A stretch of DNA of 32,000 nucleotides from an uncultured Candidatus Saccharibacteria bacterium (lineage in GTDB: Bacteria; Patescibacteriota; UBA1384; XYA2-FULL-43-10; 1-14-0-10-43-13). The position numbers and the translations under genes are program-made. Position 1 is the first letter of the stretch; every line of letters begins with the position of its first letter. A model generated the notes under the pieces. It was not told the origin of the DNA. It saw nothing but the letters and a program-made list of their open reading frames with translations, and made no database searches. The DNA lies in NCBI GenBank assembly GCA_964543385.1, contig CAZIYE010000001.1:90001-122000 (forward strand), read 5' to 3'. Positions 24,439 through 32,000 of this stretch are shown piece by piece.

Positions 24439-25749
24439 ATGGCAGTAATTAAAAATTTGCAGGCGAGAGAAGTTTTGGACTCAAGAGGAAATCCAACAGT
24501 TTCCTGTGAAATGTGGATTGATGACGGGAGTCATTCTATTGGATATGTACCTTCGGGCGCTTCTGCCGGGCAAGCCGAAGCATTAGAGCTCAGAGATAAC
24601 GACCCAGCTAGATATAATGGAAAAGGCGTTTTAAAGGCTGTCAATAATGTAAACACAATTATAAAAAATGCCATTATCGGCATGGACATCAGTGATTTAA
24701 GAACTATTGATCGCAGGATGATTGAGCTAGATGGCACCACGAACAAGTCAACGCTTGGCGCTAATGCAATCCTTTCTGTTTCAATTGCGGCAGCAAAGAC
24801 TGGAGCCAAAAGCGCAAAAATTCCACTATACGAGTATCTGGCCAGAATTATTGGCAAAAGCACTGAAAAAGTAATAATGCCAATACCATTTTTAAACATT
24901 TTAAATGGCGGAAAACATGCTGTAGGCTCGACAGATCTTCAGGAATTTATGATTGTCCCTATCAAGTTTCCAACATTTGCAGAATCCCTAAGAGCAGGCA
25001 CCGAAGTATTCCACTCTCTGGGTAAAATACTAGAAGAGAGAAACTATCAGTCACTGGTTGGTGACGAAGGAGGATATGCGCCATCACTTTTCTCAAACGA
25101 ACAAGCTATGGAACTTTTGATGATGGCTATCTCTGAAGCAAACTATAGCCCCGGAGAAGATGTTTTTATAGCATTAGATCCTGCTGCTAGTCGTTTTTAT
25201 TCTGATGGTTTCTATGAACTCCACCGTGAAAATAAATCTCTGACAACAACACAGATGATTGATTTTTATGACAGATGGAGAGAAAAATACCCAATTATCT
25301 ACATAGAAGATCCTCTTGATAGATCTGATCTAGATGGCTGGCGCGACTTAACGCAACGCGTTGGCTCTGCCGTCGAGATAATTGGCGATGATATTTATTC
25401 AACGAATAATCAATTGCTGCAAAAGGGGATTGAGGGAAAAATATCAACTGGAATATTAATAAAGCCTAATCAGATCGGAACTTTGACTGAAACGCTTGAG
25501 ACAATTACTATGGCTGAAAAAGCAGGCTTCAAAGTTATCATTTCTCATCGATCAGGAGAAACCGAGGATTCTATAATAGCAGATTTATCTATAGCGTGTG
25601 GCTGTGGAACGATTAAAGCAGGTGCTCCGTGTCGCTCGGAGCGGACCTCAAAATACAATAGATTGATTGAAATTGAGGAAAAGAATCTAGGAAAATCAGT
25701 CTTCGCGCAATGGAACACCGAAGGTAATGCCGGAACTTCTCAGTTATAA
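24439..25749 (+). CDS. eno: Enolase (phosphopyruvate hydratase)
   Basis: Start moved to ATG 24439, behind GGAGGG (24429-24434). Motifs: AREVLDSRGNPTVSCE, SGASAGQAEALELRD, GDEGGYAP, IKPNQIGTLTET, SHRSGETEDSIIADLSIA. Confidence 0.95.
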   Translation: MAVIKNLQAREVLDSRGNPTVSCEMWIDDGSHSIGYVPSGASAGQAEALELRDNDPARYNGKGVLKAVNNVNTIIKNAIIGMDISDLRTIDRRMIELDGTTNKSTLGANAILSVSIAAAKTGAKSAKIPLYEYLARIIGKSTEKVIMPIPFLNILNGGKHAVGSTDLQEFMIVPIKFPTFAESLRAGTEVFHSLGKILEERNYQSLVGDEGGYAPSLFSNEQAMELLMMAISEANYSPGEDVFIALDPAASRFYSDGFYELHRENKSLTTTQMIDFYDRWREKYPIIYIEDPLDRSDLDGWRDLTQRVGSAVEIIGDDIYSTNNQLLQKGIEGKISTGILIKPNQIGTLTETLETITMAEKAGFKVIISHRSGETEDSIIADLSIACGCGTIKAGAPCRSERTSKYNRLIEIEEKNLGKSVFAQWNTEGNAGTSQL

Positions 25750-25771
25750 CAATGATTTAATTTATAGTTAT

Positions 25772-25801
25772 AAAAAATCCCTCTGCTTAGAGGGATTTTT
25801 T
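25772..25801. terminator. Bidirectional rho-independent terminator between the convergent eno and lytic transglycosylase genes
   Basis: AAAAAATCCCTCT-GCTT-AGAGGGATTTTTT: a perfect stem with an A-run on one side and a T-run on the other. Confidence 0.85.
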
Positions 25802-25809
25802 ATAACTTA

Positions 25810-26580
25810 CTATTGTTGGAAACCGTAGCTCCCGGCAACACGTAAGATCTTATTATAGTAAGGATTCGATGGGTTATATCCCCACAAAGCCTTTTTCAAG
25901 TTCGGATAGCCACAAGCCACAAGGTAGTTGGCCGCAGAGAAGATTGCATCTTCAACATTACCAATATCTTTTATACCATCGCCGTTTCCGTCTACTCCAT
26001 GACGTCTAAATGTAGATGGCAGGAATTGCATCGGGCCAGTAGCACCAGAAGGATTCGCTAGATACGTTGAGCCAGAAGCACCAGACTCAACAGTATGGAT
26101 AGCCCTTAATATTTTTGGGTCTACTCCAAATCTAGCACTAGCACGGTTATAGATATCCTCAAAATTTGAAGGATCACTATAAACACGATACTCACGGGCA
26201 ACAGTTTCCCGACGTTTTTTCTCGATCTCAGCTAAGCGTAATTTTTCAGCTTCAGCCTTTAGTCTATCTTCCTTCTGAATCAAAGATTCACCAGGAATAA
26301 TTCTACTGTTATTCTTTGCAACAACCAAAATATTAGCGCTGGTTGTCGAAAGTTGAATTCTAGCAGGCGTCACACTCTCAGTAATCGCTGGAGTCTCAGC
26401 CCTAGTTGGCGTCGACATCATCGCGAAAACAAGAACTAAAATTAAGAGTGATAGTTTTTTGCCCTGATTTTGTTTTTTTCGACTTTGTTTTACCCTCCTG
26501 AGGAACTTGTTAATACTCTCTAAGATGAGAGACATTAAATATAAATTAGGAAGTTCAGCCTCAATTTCTGTTAGATCCAA
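25810..26580 (-). CDS. Lytic murein transglycosylase (SLT_2/MltB-like domain), membrane anchored
   Basis: IHTVESGASGS (catalytic Glu context) and GATGPMQFLPSTFRRHGVDGNGDGIKDIGNVEDAIFSAANYL. N-terminal anchor LSLLILVLVFAMM and a coiled-coil stretch. The start is uncertain: TTG 26580 or ATG 26535. Confidence 0.85.
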   Translation of the reverse strand: MDLTEIEAELPNLYLMSLILESINKFLRRVKQSRKKQNQGKKLSLLILVLVFAMMSTPTRAETPAITESVTPARIQLSTTSANILVVAKNNSRIIPGESLIQKEDRLKAEAEKLRLAEIEKKRRETVAREYRVYSDPSNFEDIYNRASARFGVDPKILRAIHTVESGASGSTYLANPSGATGPMQFLPSTFRRHGVDGNGDGIKDIGNVEDAIFSAANYLVACGYPNLKKALWGYNPSNPYYNKILRVAGSYGFQQ

Positions 26581-26608
26581 TGGCTTTGTACCTAATACCT
26601 TTTTAATT

Positions 26609-26673
26609 AAAAAGACTTGGGCTTTTCCTCCAAGTCAATAGCTTATTTTAGCACTAAAACGAATTTATGTCAA
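26609..26673 (-). promoter_or_regulatory. Promoter TTGACA-17-TAAAAT (minus strand) followed immediately by a hairpin plus T5 in the transglycosylase leader
   Basis: On the - strand: TTGACA (26673-26668), 17-nt spacer, TAAAAT (26650-26645). Then GACTTGG-N9-CCAAGTC (26636-26614) followed by TTTTT (26613-26609). Confidence 0.5.
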
Positions 26674-26760
26674 TAGACAAAGTCCATTTTTGTGCTTATA
26701 GCAACTTACACTGATATCATTTTTTTGTCAACATCTACAACTAAAGTAAGCTCTAATTTG

Positions 26761-26788
26761 TTGCTTTTTGGAAGTTCTGTGAGATAAT
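26761..26788 (+). promoter_or_regulatory. Promoter TTGCTT-16-TGAGATAAT (extended -10) for the HExxH protein gene
   Basis: TTGCTT 26761-26766, TG at 26780-26781, GATAAT 26783-26788. Confidence 0.4.
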
Positions 26789-26808
26789 TTATCTAGTTCA
26801 TTTTAAAT

Positions 26809-27330
26809 ATGAGAGGAGCTCATAACACTATGAGAGACAATTATTGGTTAAAACAAAAATTAGATATGATCTGGGGGAAATATTTTAGCGATGTCAAAAA
26901 ATTGAATGATATCCATATTCACTTTGGTCGCAAAGCCAAAAGGAGACTTGCTAGTATTCGTCAGATTAATAGATTCAATAAAAACTCTGATACAGAGATA
27001 AAAATAACCGGCTACTACAAAAATCACGAAGTTCCAGAGTATATTATTGATGTCACTATTGCCCATGAGCTATGTCATTATGCACATGGCTTTGCCTCAC
27101 CATTACCCAAATTTTCCAAATTTCCTCATCGAGGAGATGTTGTTGACAATGAATTAAGACAGAGAGGATTAGGGAAAATGCTTGCTCTTCAAGAGGAATG
27201 GCTGCATAACAGCTGGAATAATGTGGTTAAAACTGAAATCTTTGTCAAAAAACATAGCTATGTTAGAAAAATTAGAAAGAAAAAGAGTCCTGTCCTAAGC
27301 TTTATTCGAAAATTAGTTTTTAGCAGCTAA
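26809..27330 (+). CDS. Putative zinc metallopeptidase (HExxH; SprT/DUF45-like)
   Basis: IHIHFGRKAKRRLASI...IKITGYY...YIIDVTIAHELCHYAHGF resembles the DUF45/SprT layout ending in HExxH. The start may instead be ATG 26830, 11 nt after GAGAGGAG. Confidence 0.45.
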   Translation: MRGAHNTMRDNYWLKQKLDMIWGKYFSDVKKLNDIHIHFGRKAKRRLASIRQINRFNKNSDTEIKITGYYKNHEVPEYIIDVTIAHELCHYAHGFASPLPKFSKFPHRGDVVDNELRQRGLGKMLALQEEWLHNSWNNVVKTEIFVKKHSYVRKIRKKKSPVLSFIRKLVFSS

Positions 27331-27345
27331 TTATAATCATTTGCC

Positions 27346-27687
27346 ATGAAAAATTGTATTTTTTGCAAAATAGTAAATAAAGAGATACCTGCAGATATTG
27401 TCTATGAGGACAAAGATTTTATTGCGCTTAAAGATATTTATCCACAAGCGAAGATTCACATTCTAGTAATTTCAAAAAAGCATCTGCAATCAGTGGCAGA
27501 TTTTACAATCCAAGATGCAGAGCTAATAGGGAATTTAGTTATAACTGCCAACAAAATTGCTAAAATGTTAGAAATCGACAAGTCTGGCTATAGATTAGTC
27601 ACAAATTCAGGGATAGACTCTGGCCAGGCCGTACAACATCTACATTGGCATATTCTAGGCGGAGAAAAATTAGGGCCAATCGCCTGA
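27346..27687 (+). CDS. HIT-family nucleotide hydrolase/transferase (Hint-like)
   Basis: CIFCKIVNKEIPADIVYEDKDFIALKDIYPQAKIHILVISKKH and the histidine triad HLHWHILGG. Confidence 0.9.
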   Translation: MKNCIFCKIVNKEIPADIVYEDKDFIALKDIYPQAKIHILVISKKHLQSVADFTIQDAELIGNLVITANKIAKMLEIDKSGYRLVTNSGIDSGQAVQHLHWHILGGEKLGPIA

Positions 27688-27698
27688 GATTTTAGGAC

Positions 27699-27727
27699 TT
27701 GCCATTTTTAGACTTTTAAGCTATAAT
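27699..27727 (+). promoter_or_regulatory. rpsU promoter TTGCCA-17-TATAAT
   Basis: TTGCCA 27699-27704, 17-nt spacer, TATAAT 27722-27727. Confidence 0.6.
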
Positions 27728-27776
27728 TTCTCATATTAAATATTTAAATCTGAAATACCGGAAGGTGGTGATTTAC

Positions 27777-27971
27777 TTGATCGAGGTTCGACGCAAAGGA
27801 GAAGAAAGACTTGATGTCATGGTTCGGAGATTCAACCGCGAAGTACAACAAAGCGGAGTTTTGACTGTGGCTAAAACAAGAAGATTCTTTGAAAAAGATA
27901 TTAATCGTGGCGAAAGACGCAAGTCTGCAATTCGAAGAAACGAGATTAATAAGCTCAAACGCGGTTGGTAA
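27777..27971 (+). CDS. rpsU: 30S ribosomal protein S21
   Basis: IEVRRKGEERLDVMVRRFNREVQQSGVLTVAKTRRFFEKDINRGERRKSAIRR matches the S21 pattern. Start set to TTG 27777, about 8 nt after GGAAGGTGG; GTG 27765 is the alternative. Confidence 0.88.
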   Translation: MIEVRRKGEERLDVMVRRFNREVQQSGVLTVAKTRRFFEKDINRGERRKSAIRRNEINKLKRGW

Positions 27972-28010
27972 ATTAGCGACATTTATAATCTAGTATTGAG
28001 GATTTTTACC

Positions 28011-28457
28011 GTGAATCTAAAAGAAAGAATCGAGAAAGATTTTATTACGAGCTATAAAGCAAAAGAAGAGACTAACGTCTCTGTTTTGCGTATGGTAAAA
28101 AGCGCTATTAAAAACGCTGAGATTGCCGAAAAACAACTACTGGCAGAAGAGGGCGTGATAAAAATTCTCAAAAGAGAAGTAAAACAACGCCTAGATTCAA
28201 TTAGTGAATATGAAAAAGCAAACAGACCCGATTTAGCCAATAAGGAAAAGGGTGAAGTAGAAATAATCAAGAGATATCTACCAGAAGATTTGTCCGATGA
28301 ACAAATTGGTACGATTATCGCCGAATCAATTGCAGAAACTGGTGCCAACGAGATGAAAGATATGGGAAAAGTAATTGCTCTTGTGATGCAAAAGACCAAG
28401 GGTCTTGCAGACGGTTCAAAAGTTTCAGCAGTAGTTAGATCGAAACTTTCACAATAA
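28011..28457 (+). CDS. yqeY: GatB/YqeY domain protein
   Basis: LKERIEKDFITSYKAKEETNVSVLRMVKSAIKNAEI and MKDMGKVIALVMQKTKGLADGSKVSAVVRSKL are typical of YqeY. Start set to GTG 28011, behind GAGGA (27998-28002). Confidence 0.85.
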   Translation: MNLKERIEKDFITSYKAKEETNVSVLRMVKSAIKNAEIAEKQLLAEEGVIKILKREVKQRLDSISEYEKANRPDLANKEKGEVEIIKRYLPEDLSDEQIGTIIAESIAETGANEMKDMGKVIALVMQKTKGLADGSKVSAVVRSKLSQ

Positions 28458-28458
28458 A

Positions 28459-29364
28459 ATGAAAAAGAATCTATTCAAAATATCCATATTACCTATATGT
28501 ATAGGATTAACAATATTTCTATTGGTGTTTCTGGCAGAGACAGTCAGTTCTGTTTTTTATCTGAATATATATGCCAGGCTTACTGTGATTTTGATAGTTT
28601 CATTTTTATTGGGAATATTAATAAATAGTGGTTTTTTCCTCTTTATACCAATATTCAAAGACTCGGTCATGGCCTTAAGACAGATGTACCGCTTTGAAAG
28701 TCTTTCTCATCCACTTTTGATGAGATTGTCTTATGAGGCACCAGGAACGTATCATCACTCCATAAATGTTTCTATTTTATCCCAAAAAGCTGCTAAGTCT
28801 ATTGGCTGCGACGCATTATTGGTGCGGCTCGGTGCATACTATCACGACATCGGTAAATTAGAATCGCCGGCCCAATATATAGAGAACCAATCAGGCGCTG
28901 AAATACCTCATAGTGAGGATGCTGAATCAATTCGCAAAGACGCGAGTAAGATTATCTCCCATGTTAAAAAAGGCGTAGAAATTGCTATAGAGAATCATCT
29001 GCCAGAAGAGGTAATCAATCTAATATCAGAACACCATGGCACCACAAGAGTGCTATATTTCTATGAAAGAGCTAAAGAAAAAGGCCTAAAGATCAAAAAA
29101 ACCGACTTCAAATATTTTGGACCTACGCCGCAATCAAAAGAGGCCGTTATATTGATGCTTTCTGATTCCTGCGAGGCAGCGGCTAGAGCCATACCAAATC
29201 TGACGCAGGAAGGGATGGCCGAACTAGTTAACAATGCTATGGATGACAAGGCCTCTGAAGGTCAATTTGAAAATTCTGGCATCTCACAGAATGATTTATT
29301 AAAAATTAAGGAGTCTCTGATCGAGACCCTAGGATCTATCTATCATCAAAGGATGCTTTCATAA
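28459..29364 (+). CDS. Membrane-bound HD/HDIG phosphohydrolase, short PgpH/YqfF-like protein
   Basis: Two to three N-terminal TM helices, then the HD domain GTYHHSINVSILSQKAA...LGAYYHDIGKL...SEHHGT. Sits where yqfF/pgpH sits in Firmicute operons, but is far shorter than 7TM-HD proteins. Confidence 0.75.
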   Translation: MKKNLFKISILPICIGLTIFLLVFLAETVSSVFYLNIYARLTVILIVSFLLGILINSGFFLFIPIFKDSVMALRQMYRFESLSHPLLMRLSYEAPGTYHHSINVSILSQKAAKSIGCDALLVRLGAYYHDIGKLESPAQYIENQSGAEIPHSEDAESIRKDASKIISHVKKGVEIAIENHLPEEVINLISEHHGTTRVLYFYERAKEKGLKIKKTDFKYFGPTPQSKEAVILMLSDSCEAAARAIPNLTQEGMAELVNNAMDDKASEGQFENSGISQNDLLKIKESLIETLGSIYHQRMLS

Positions 29365-29757
29365 ATGAATAAAATTGATATTGACAATAGAACCAACAAC
29401 ATTGTTAACACAGAATTAGTGGAAAAGATTGTCAACGATATGCTTGAAGAATTTGGCATCCAAAATAGTTTTTTAGAAATTATTTTCGTCGGCAAAGATG
29501 ATATGTCAAATCTCAATACCAAATACCGCAGCGTAGATAAACCTACAGATGTATTATCTTTTCCTCAACCAGAAATTAAAGAGGCTCCTACAAAAATTTT
29601 AGGAAGTATAGCAATAAGCCCTGAAGTTACTGATGAGAAGGAGGAGGATTTGTCTGACGTTATCAAACACGGCTTATTACATTTGCTCGGATTTGATCAC
29701 GAAGAAGATGAAAATGTTTGGCAAGAAGCAGCAGATAGAATTAATTGCAAACTCTAG
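29365..29757 (+). CDS. ybeY: rRNA maturation endoribonuclease YbeY
   Basis: PTDVLSFP and the zinc motif HGLLHLLGFDHEED. Starts directly after the upstream stop. Confidence 0.9.
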   Translation: MNKIDIDNRTNNIVNTELVEKIVNDMLEEFGIQNSFLEIIFVGKDDMSNLNTKYRSVDKPTDVLSFPQPEIKEAPTKILGSIAISPEVTDEKEEDLSDVIKHGLLHLLGFDHEEDENVWQEAADRINCKL

Positions 29758-29767
29758 AAAGAAATAT

Positions 29768-30205
29768 ATGAAAGAAAATACATCTAAGGAAGTAGCAGCA
29801 AGATCATGTAATCCAAACGGTCCCATTAGCTATAAACCTTTTAGTTTTGGAAAATTATGTTCAAGCTTTGATAATGCTATCAGAGGCGTCATCTTTCTTC
29901 TGAAATCAGAACAAAATGCCAGAGTACATGCAATCGCCACTATCCTCGTAGGGGTAACCGCATATATACTTGAGGTCTCGAGAATCGAAGCAGCAATATT
30001 ATTTATGGCTGTAATTCTTGTCTTTGCGATTGAAATAATAAACACAGCAATTGAAAAGGTCTTTGATGTTCTGCATCCAGAAAAACATAATATTATAAGG
30101 GCTGTTAAAGACGCGATGGCTGGTGCAGTCCTAATCAGTGCCATCATTGCCATCGTAGTTGCGCTTTTAATATTCTTGCCATACATTAAGAAACTAGTAT
30201 TGTAG
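29768..30205 (+). CDS. dgkA: Diacylglycerol/undecaprenol kinase (prokaryotic DagK family)
   Basis: SFDNAIRGVIFLLKSEQNARVH, EIINTAIEKVFD and AVKDAMAGAVLISAI are canonical DgkA motifs. Start set to ATG 29768, because the 29633 start in the track would overlap ybeY by 45 codons. Confidence 0.88.
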   Translation: MKENTSKEVAARSCNPNGPISYKPFSFGKLCSSFDNAIRGVIFLLKSEQNARVHAIATILVGVTAYILEVSRIEAAILFMAVILVFAIEIINTAIEKVFDVLHPEKHNIIRAVKDAMAGAVLISAIIAIVVALLIFLPYIKKLVL

Positions 30206-30222
30206 TCTTGCGAAGTAATCAT

Positions 30223-30247
30223 CTATAAGGTAAAATTTACCTTATAG
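30223..30247. repeat. Perfect 25-bp palindrome (12-bp arms) between dgkA and ftsA
   Basis: CTATAAGGTAAA-A-TTTACCTTATAG: every arm position pairs (checked base by base). Followed by AAAAGTCATTTTT and then the ftsA SD GGAGGG. Confidence 0.7.
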
Positions 30248-30270
30248 AAAAGTCATTTTTGGAGGGAACC

Positions 30271-31506
30271 GTGCGAGAATCCAACATTTCAGTCGGTATA
30301 GATATAGGAAACACAAAGGTTATTACGTGTGTTGGTAAAATTGATAATGGTTCAATCGACATTATTGGCGTAGGTAAAAGCGAAAATCAAGGCATCAGAA
30401 AGGGCGTGATTGTCGATATTGAGGAAACTGTTTCAGCAATATCAGCATCGCTAAATGAAGCTGAGAGAATGGCTGGACTTGCAATAGATAATGCCACTCT
30501 TGGTATTTCCGGACCTTTCATCGAGTCAGAACAAAGCAGGGGAGTCATAGCTGTTTCTAGGCAAGATGGTGAGATTAGCCAGGAAGATACACTACGTGTA
30601 ATCGAAGCAGCACGCGCAATTCCAAGTCGACCCAACAGAGAAGTTCTTCATGTCTTGCCGATGAACTTTATTATTGATAGCAATGAGGTAGTAAAAGATC
30701 CTATCGGAATGACAGGCATTAGACTAGAAGTCCTTTCAAATATTATTTCCGCTTCCTCAAACGCTGTGAAATCATTACTTCGCTCCGTCGAGCAAGCAGG
30801 GCTTGCAAGCACAGAAATGGTGTTTTCTCCGTTAGCTACTGCTAAAGTTTTGCTAACAAAAAGACAAATGGATATTGGAGTTATGCTGGTAGATATTGGT
30901 GCAGCTACCACTTCATATGCAGTTTACGAAGAGGGCGAACTGATAACATGCGGCGTAGTGCCGGTAGGATCGATGCACATAACAAATGATATTGCTATTG
31001 GATTACGAACTAATATTGATCTTGCTGAGATTATAAAGATAAAATATGGCTATGCTCTTCCTGATAGAGTTGGAGAGAAAGAAGAAATTGACCTTTCTAA
31101 ACTAGATAAAAATGAGGATGGAAAAGTAAATCTTCGGTATGTAGCTGAGATTATAGAAGCACGATTAAATGAAATTTTCTCTTTAATAAAAGATAACCTC
31201 ACACGACTAGACTGCAATGTCGCCCTACCTGCAGGTGTTATCATTACCGGTGGTGGCTCGAAAATTGATGGTATTATTGAAATGACAAAAGAAACAATGA
31301 GATTGCCAGCGGCTTATGGCAAACCGAACATTGAGATCTCCGGCCTTATTGACAAGTTAGATGATCCAATATATTCTACAAGCATAGGTTTGATGTATTG
31401 GGGCAAAGACAGTTCTAATACCCCCTCTACATTAAATTTTGACATACCAGGAATTGACAAAATTGTTGGTAAATTCAAGTCTGCATTTAAAAATTTCATA
31501 CCATAA
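30271..31506 (+). CDS. ftsA: Cell division protein FtsA
   Basis: [12 protein letters not shown], actin-fold phosphate motifs ([12 protein letters not shown]; [11 protein letters not shown]), C-terminal amphipathic tail [14 protein letters not shown]. Start set to GTG 30271, behind GGAGGG (30261-30266). Confidence 0.92.
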   Translation: MRESNISVGIDIGNTKVITCVGKIDNGSIDIIGVGKSENQGIRKGVIVDIEETVSAISASLNEAERMAGLAIDNATLGISGPFIESEQSRGVIAVSRQDGEISQEDTLRVIEAARAIPSRPNREVLHVLPMNFIIDSNEVVKDPIGMTGIRLEVLSNIISASSNAVKSLLRSVEQAGLASTEMVFSPLATAKVLLTKRQMDIGVMLVDIGAATTSYAVYEEGELITCGVVPVGSMHITNDIAIGLRTNIDLAEIIKIKYGYALPDRVGEKEEIDLSKLDKNEDGKVNLRYVAEIIEARLNEIFSLIKDNLTRLDCNVALPAGVIITGGGSKIDGIIEMTKETMRLPAAYGKPNIEISGLIDKLDDPIYSTSIGLMYWGKDSSNTPSTLNFDIPGIDKIVGKFKSAFKNFIP

Positions 31507-31538
31507 AAGTATTAAGTATTCATACCATAAGGACCAGC

Positions 31539-32000
31539 ATGATTGAAAAGAATTCGGAATTAGCCAATTTTGCCAATATCAAAGTTATTGGCGTTGGCGG
31601 CTCTGGAGGGAGCGCAGTCACTCGAATGATAAATTCGAAGCTGCGTGGTATTGAATTTATCGCAATTAATACAGATTCTCAGGCACTCGCTTTCAATGAA
31701 GCACCTGTAAAAATTCAGATAGGCAAAGAGTCAACTAGAGGATTAGGCGCTGGTGCTGATCCAGAAGTTGGTCGCAAAGCTGTTGAGGAAAACAAAGAAG
31801 AAGTATATGAAGCCTTAAAAGGTGCTGATATGGTCTTTGTTACTTGTGGTATGGGTGGTGGTACTGGCACTGGTGCCGCTCCTTTCGTAGCAGATATTGC
31901 AAAAGAACTCGGAGCTTTGACAGTTGGTGTTGTTACCAAGCCTTTTACTTTTGAAGGTATGCGAAGAAAGAAAATCGCCGAGCTCGGTATTGCCGAAATG
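31539..32000 (+). CDS. ftsZ: Cell division GTPase FtsZ (3' end cut by window edge)
   Basis: Not in the ORF track because no stop lies in the window. My translation from ATG 31539: [40 protein letters not shown], tubulin signature [24 protein letters not shown]. Confidence 0.93.
   Translation, partial: MIEKNSELANFANIKVIGVGGSGGSAVTRMINSKLRGIEFIAINTDSQALAFNEAPVKIQIGKESTRGLGAGADPEVGRKAVEENKEEVYEALKGADMVFVTCGMGGGTGTGAAPFVADIAKELGALTVGVVTKPFTFEGMRRKKIAELGIAEM

Noticed and set aside
26648-26655. TTAGCACT resembling a CIRCE (HrcA) half-site
   Set aside because: No matching GAGTGCTAA half occurs 9 nt away. The sequence lies within the spacer of the - strand promoter and next to no chaperone gene.
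29633-29767. Upstream extension of dgkA (start 29633) overlapping ybeY
   Set aside because: The extension is out of frame with, and overlaps, 125 nt of the well-supported ybeY gene. Its translation (MRRRRICLTLSNTAYY...) has no DgkA similarity, which begins after ATG 29768.
1-32000. Alternative genetic code (UGA recoding, as in some CPR lineages), CRISPR arrays, tRNA/rRNA genes, IS elements or prophage genes
   Set aside because: TGA terminates several well-conserved proteins at their expected lengths, including the ATGA overlaps at 2080, 3198 and 16604. I saw no regularly spaced repeats, no T-loop or anticodon-arm patterns in the intergenic regions, and no transposase, integrase or phage-like ORFs.

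Overview
AT-rich, gene-dense bacterial chromosome segment, almost entirely + strand. Hand counts of sampled 60-nt lines give roughly 22-40% G+C. The genetic code is standard: TGA acts as stop in the ATGA start/stop overlaps. The content is core housekeeping: mreB (5' truncated), a GT4-GT4-WecG/TagA glycosyltransferase operon, a U32-family protein, a pyruvate kinase lacking the C domain, nusA, clpC, rel/spoT, hisS, a CPBP-protease::SpoU-methyltransferase fusion, an rlmD-like methyltransferase, lexA-mpg-DUF362, a LytR_C protein, trxB, a DUF3048 protein, eno, an SLT_2 lytic transglycosylase (- strand), an HExxH protein, HIT, rpsU-yqeY-HD-ybeY-dgkA, and ftsA-ftsZ (3' truncated). Small proteins, missing domains and unusual fusions suggest a reduced-genome, Gram-positive-like or CPR/Patescibacteria-type organism; this is inference only. 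I recognised no rRNA, tRNA, CRISPR array, transposase or integrase. Three things stand out. (i) Two short G+C-rich (about 55-63%) single-gene islets bracket the U32 gene. Each has a near-consensus sigma70-type promoter and a strong SD. One encodes a secreted protein with weak RlpA/3D (DPBB)-like resemblance; the other encodes a 4-TM membrane protein behind a long structured leader. (ii) A G+C-rich unit of about 130 nt, running from promoter to hairpin on the minus strand of the rlmD-lexA spacer, is a candidate unclassified small RNA. (iii) There are candidate operators at lexA (11-bp-phased GTTT/GTTC repeats plus TGTTCG/CGAACA arms), at clpC (ATGTAAAG-N4-CTTTACAT across the promoter spacer and -10), and upstream of ftsA (a perfect 25-bp palindrome). 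All functional calls rest on motif recognition by eye; no database search was possible.
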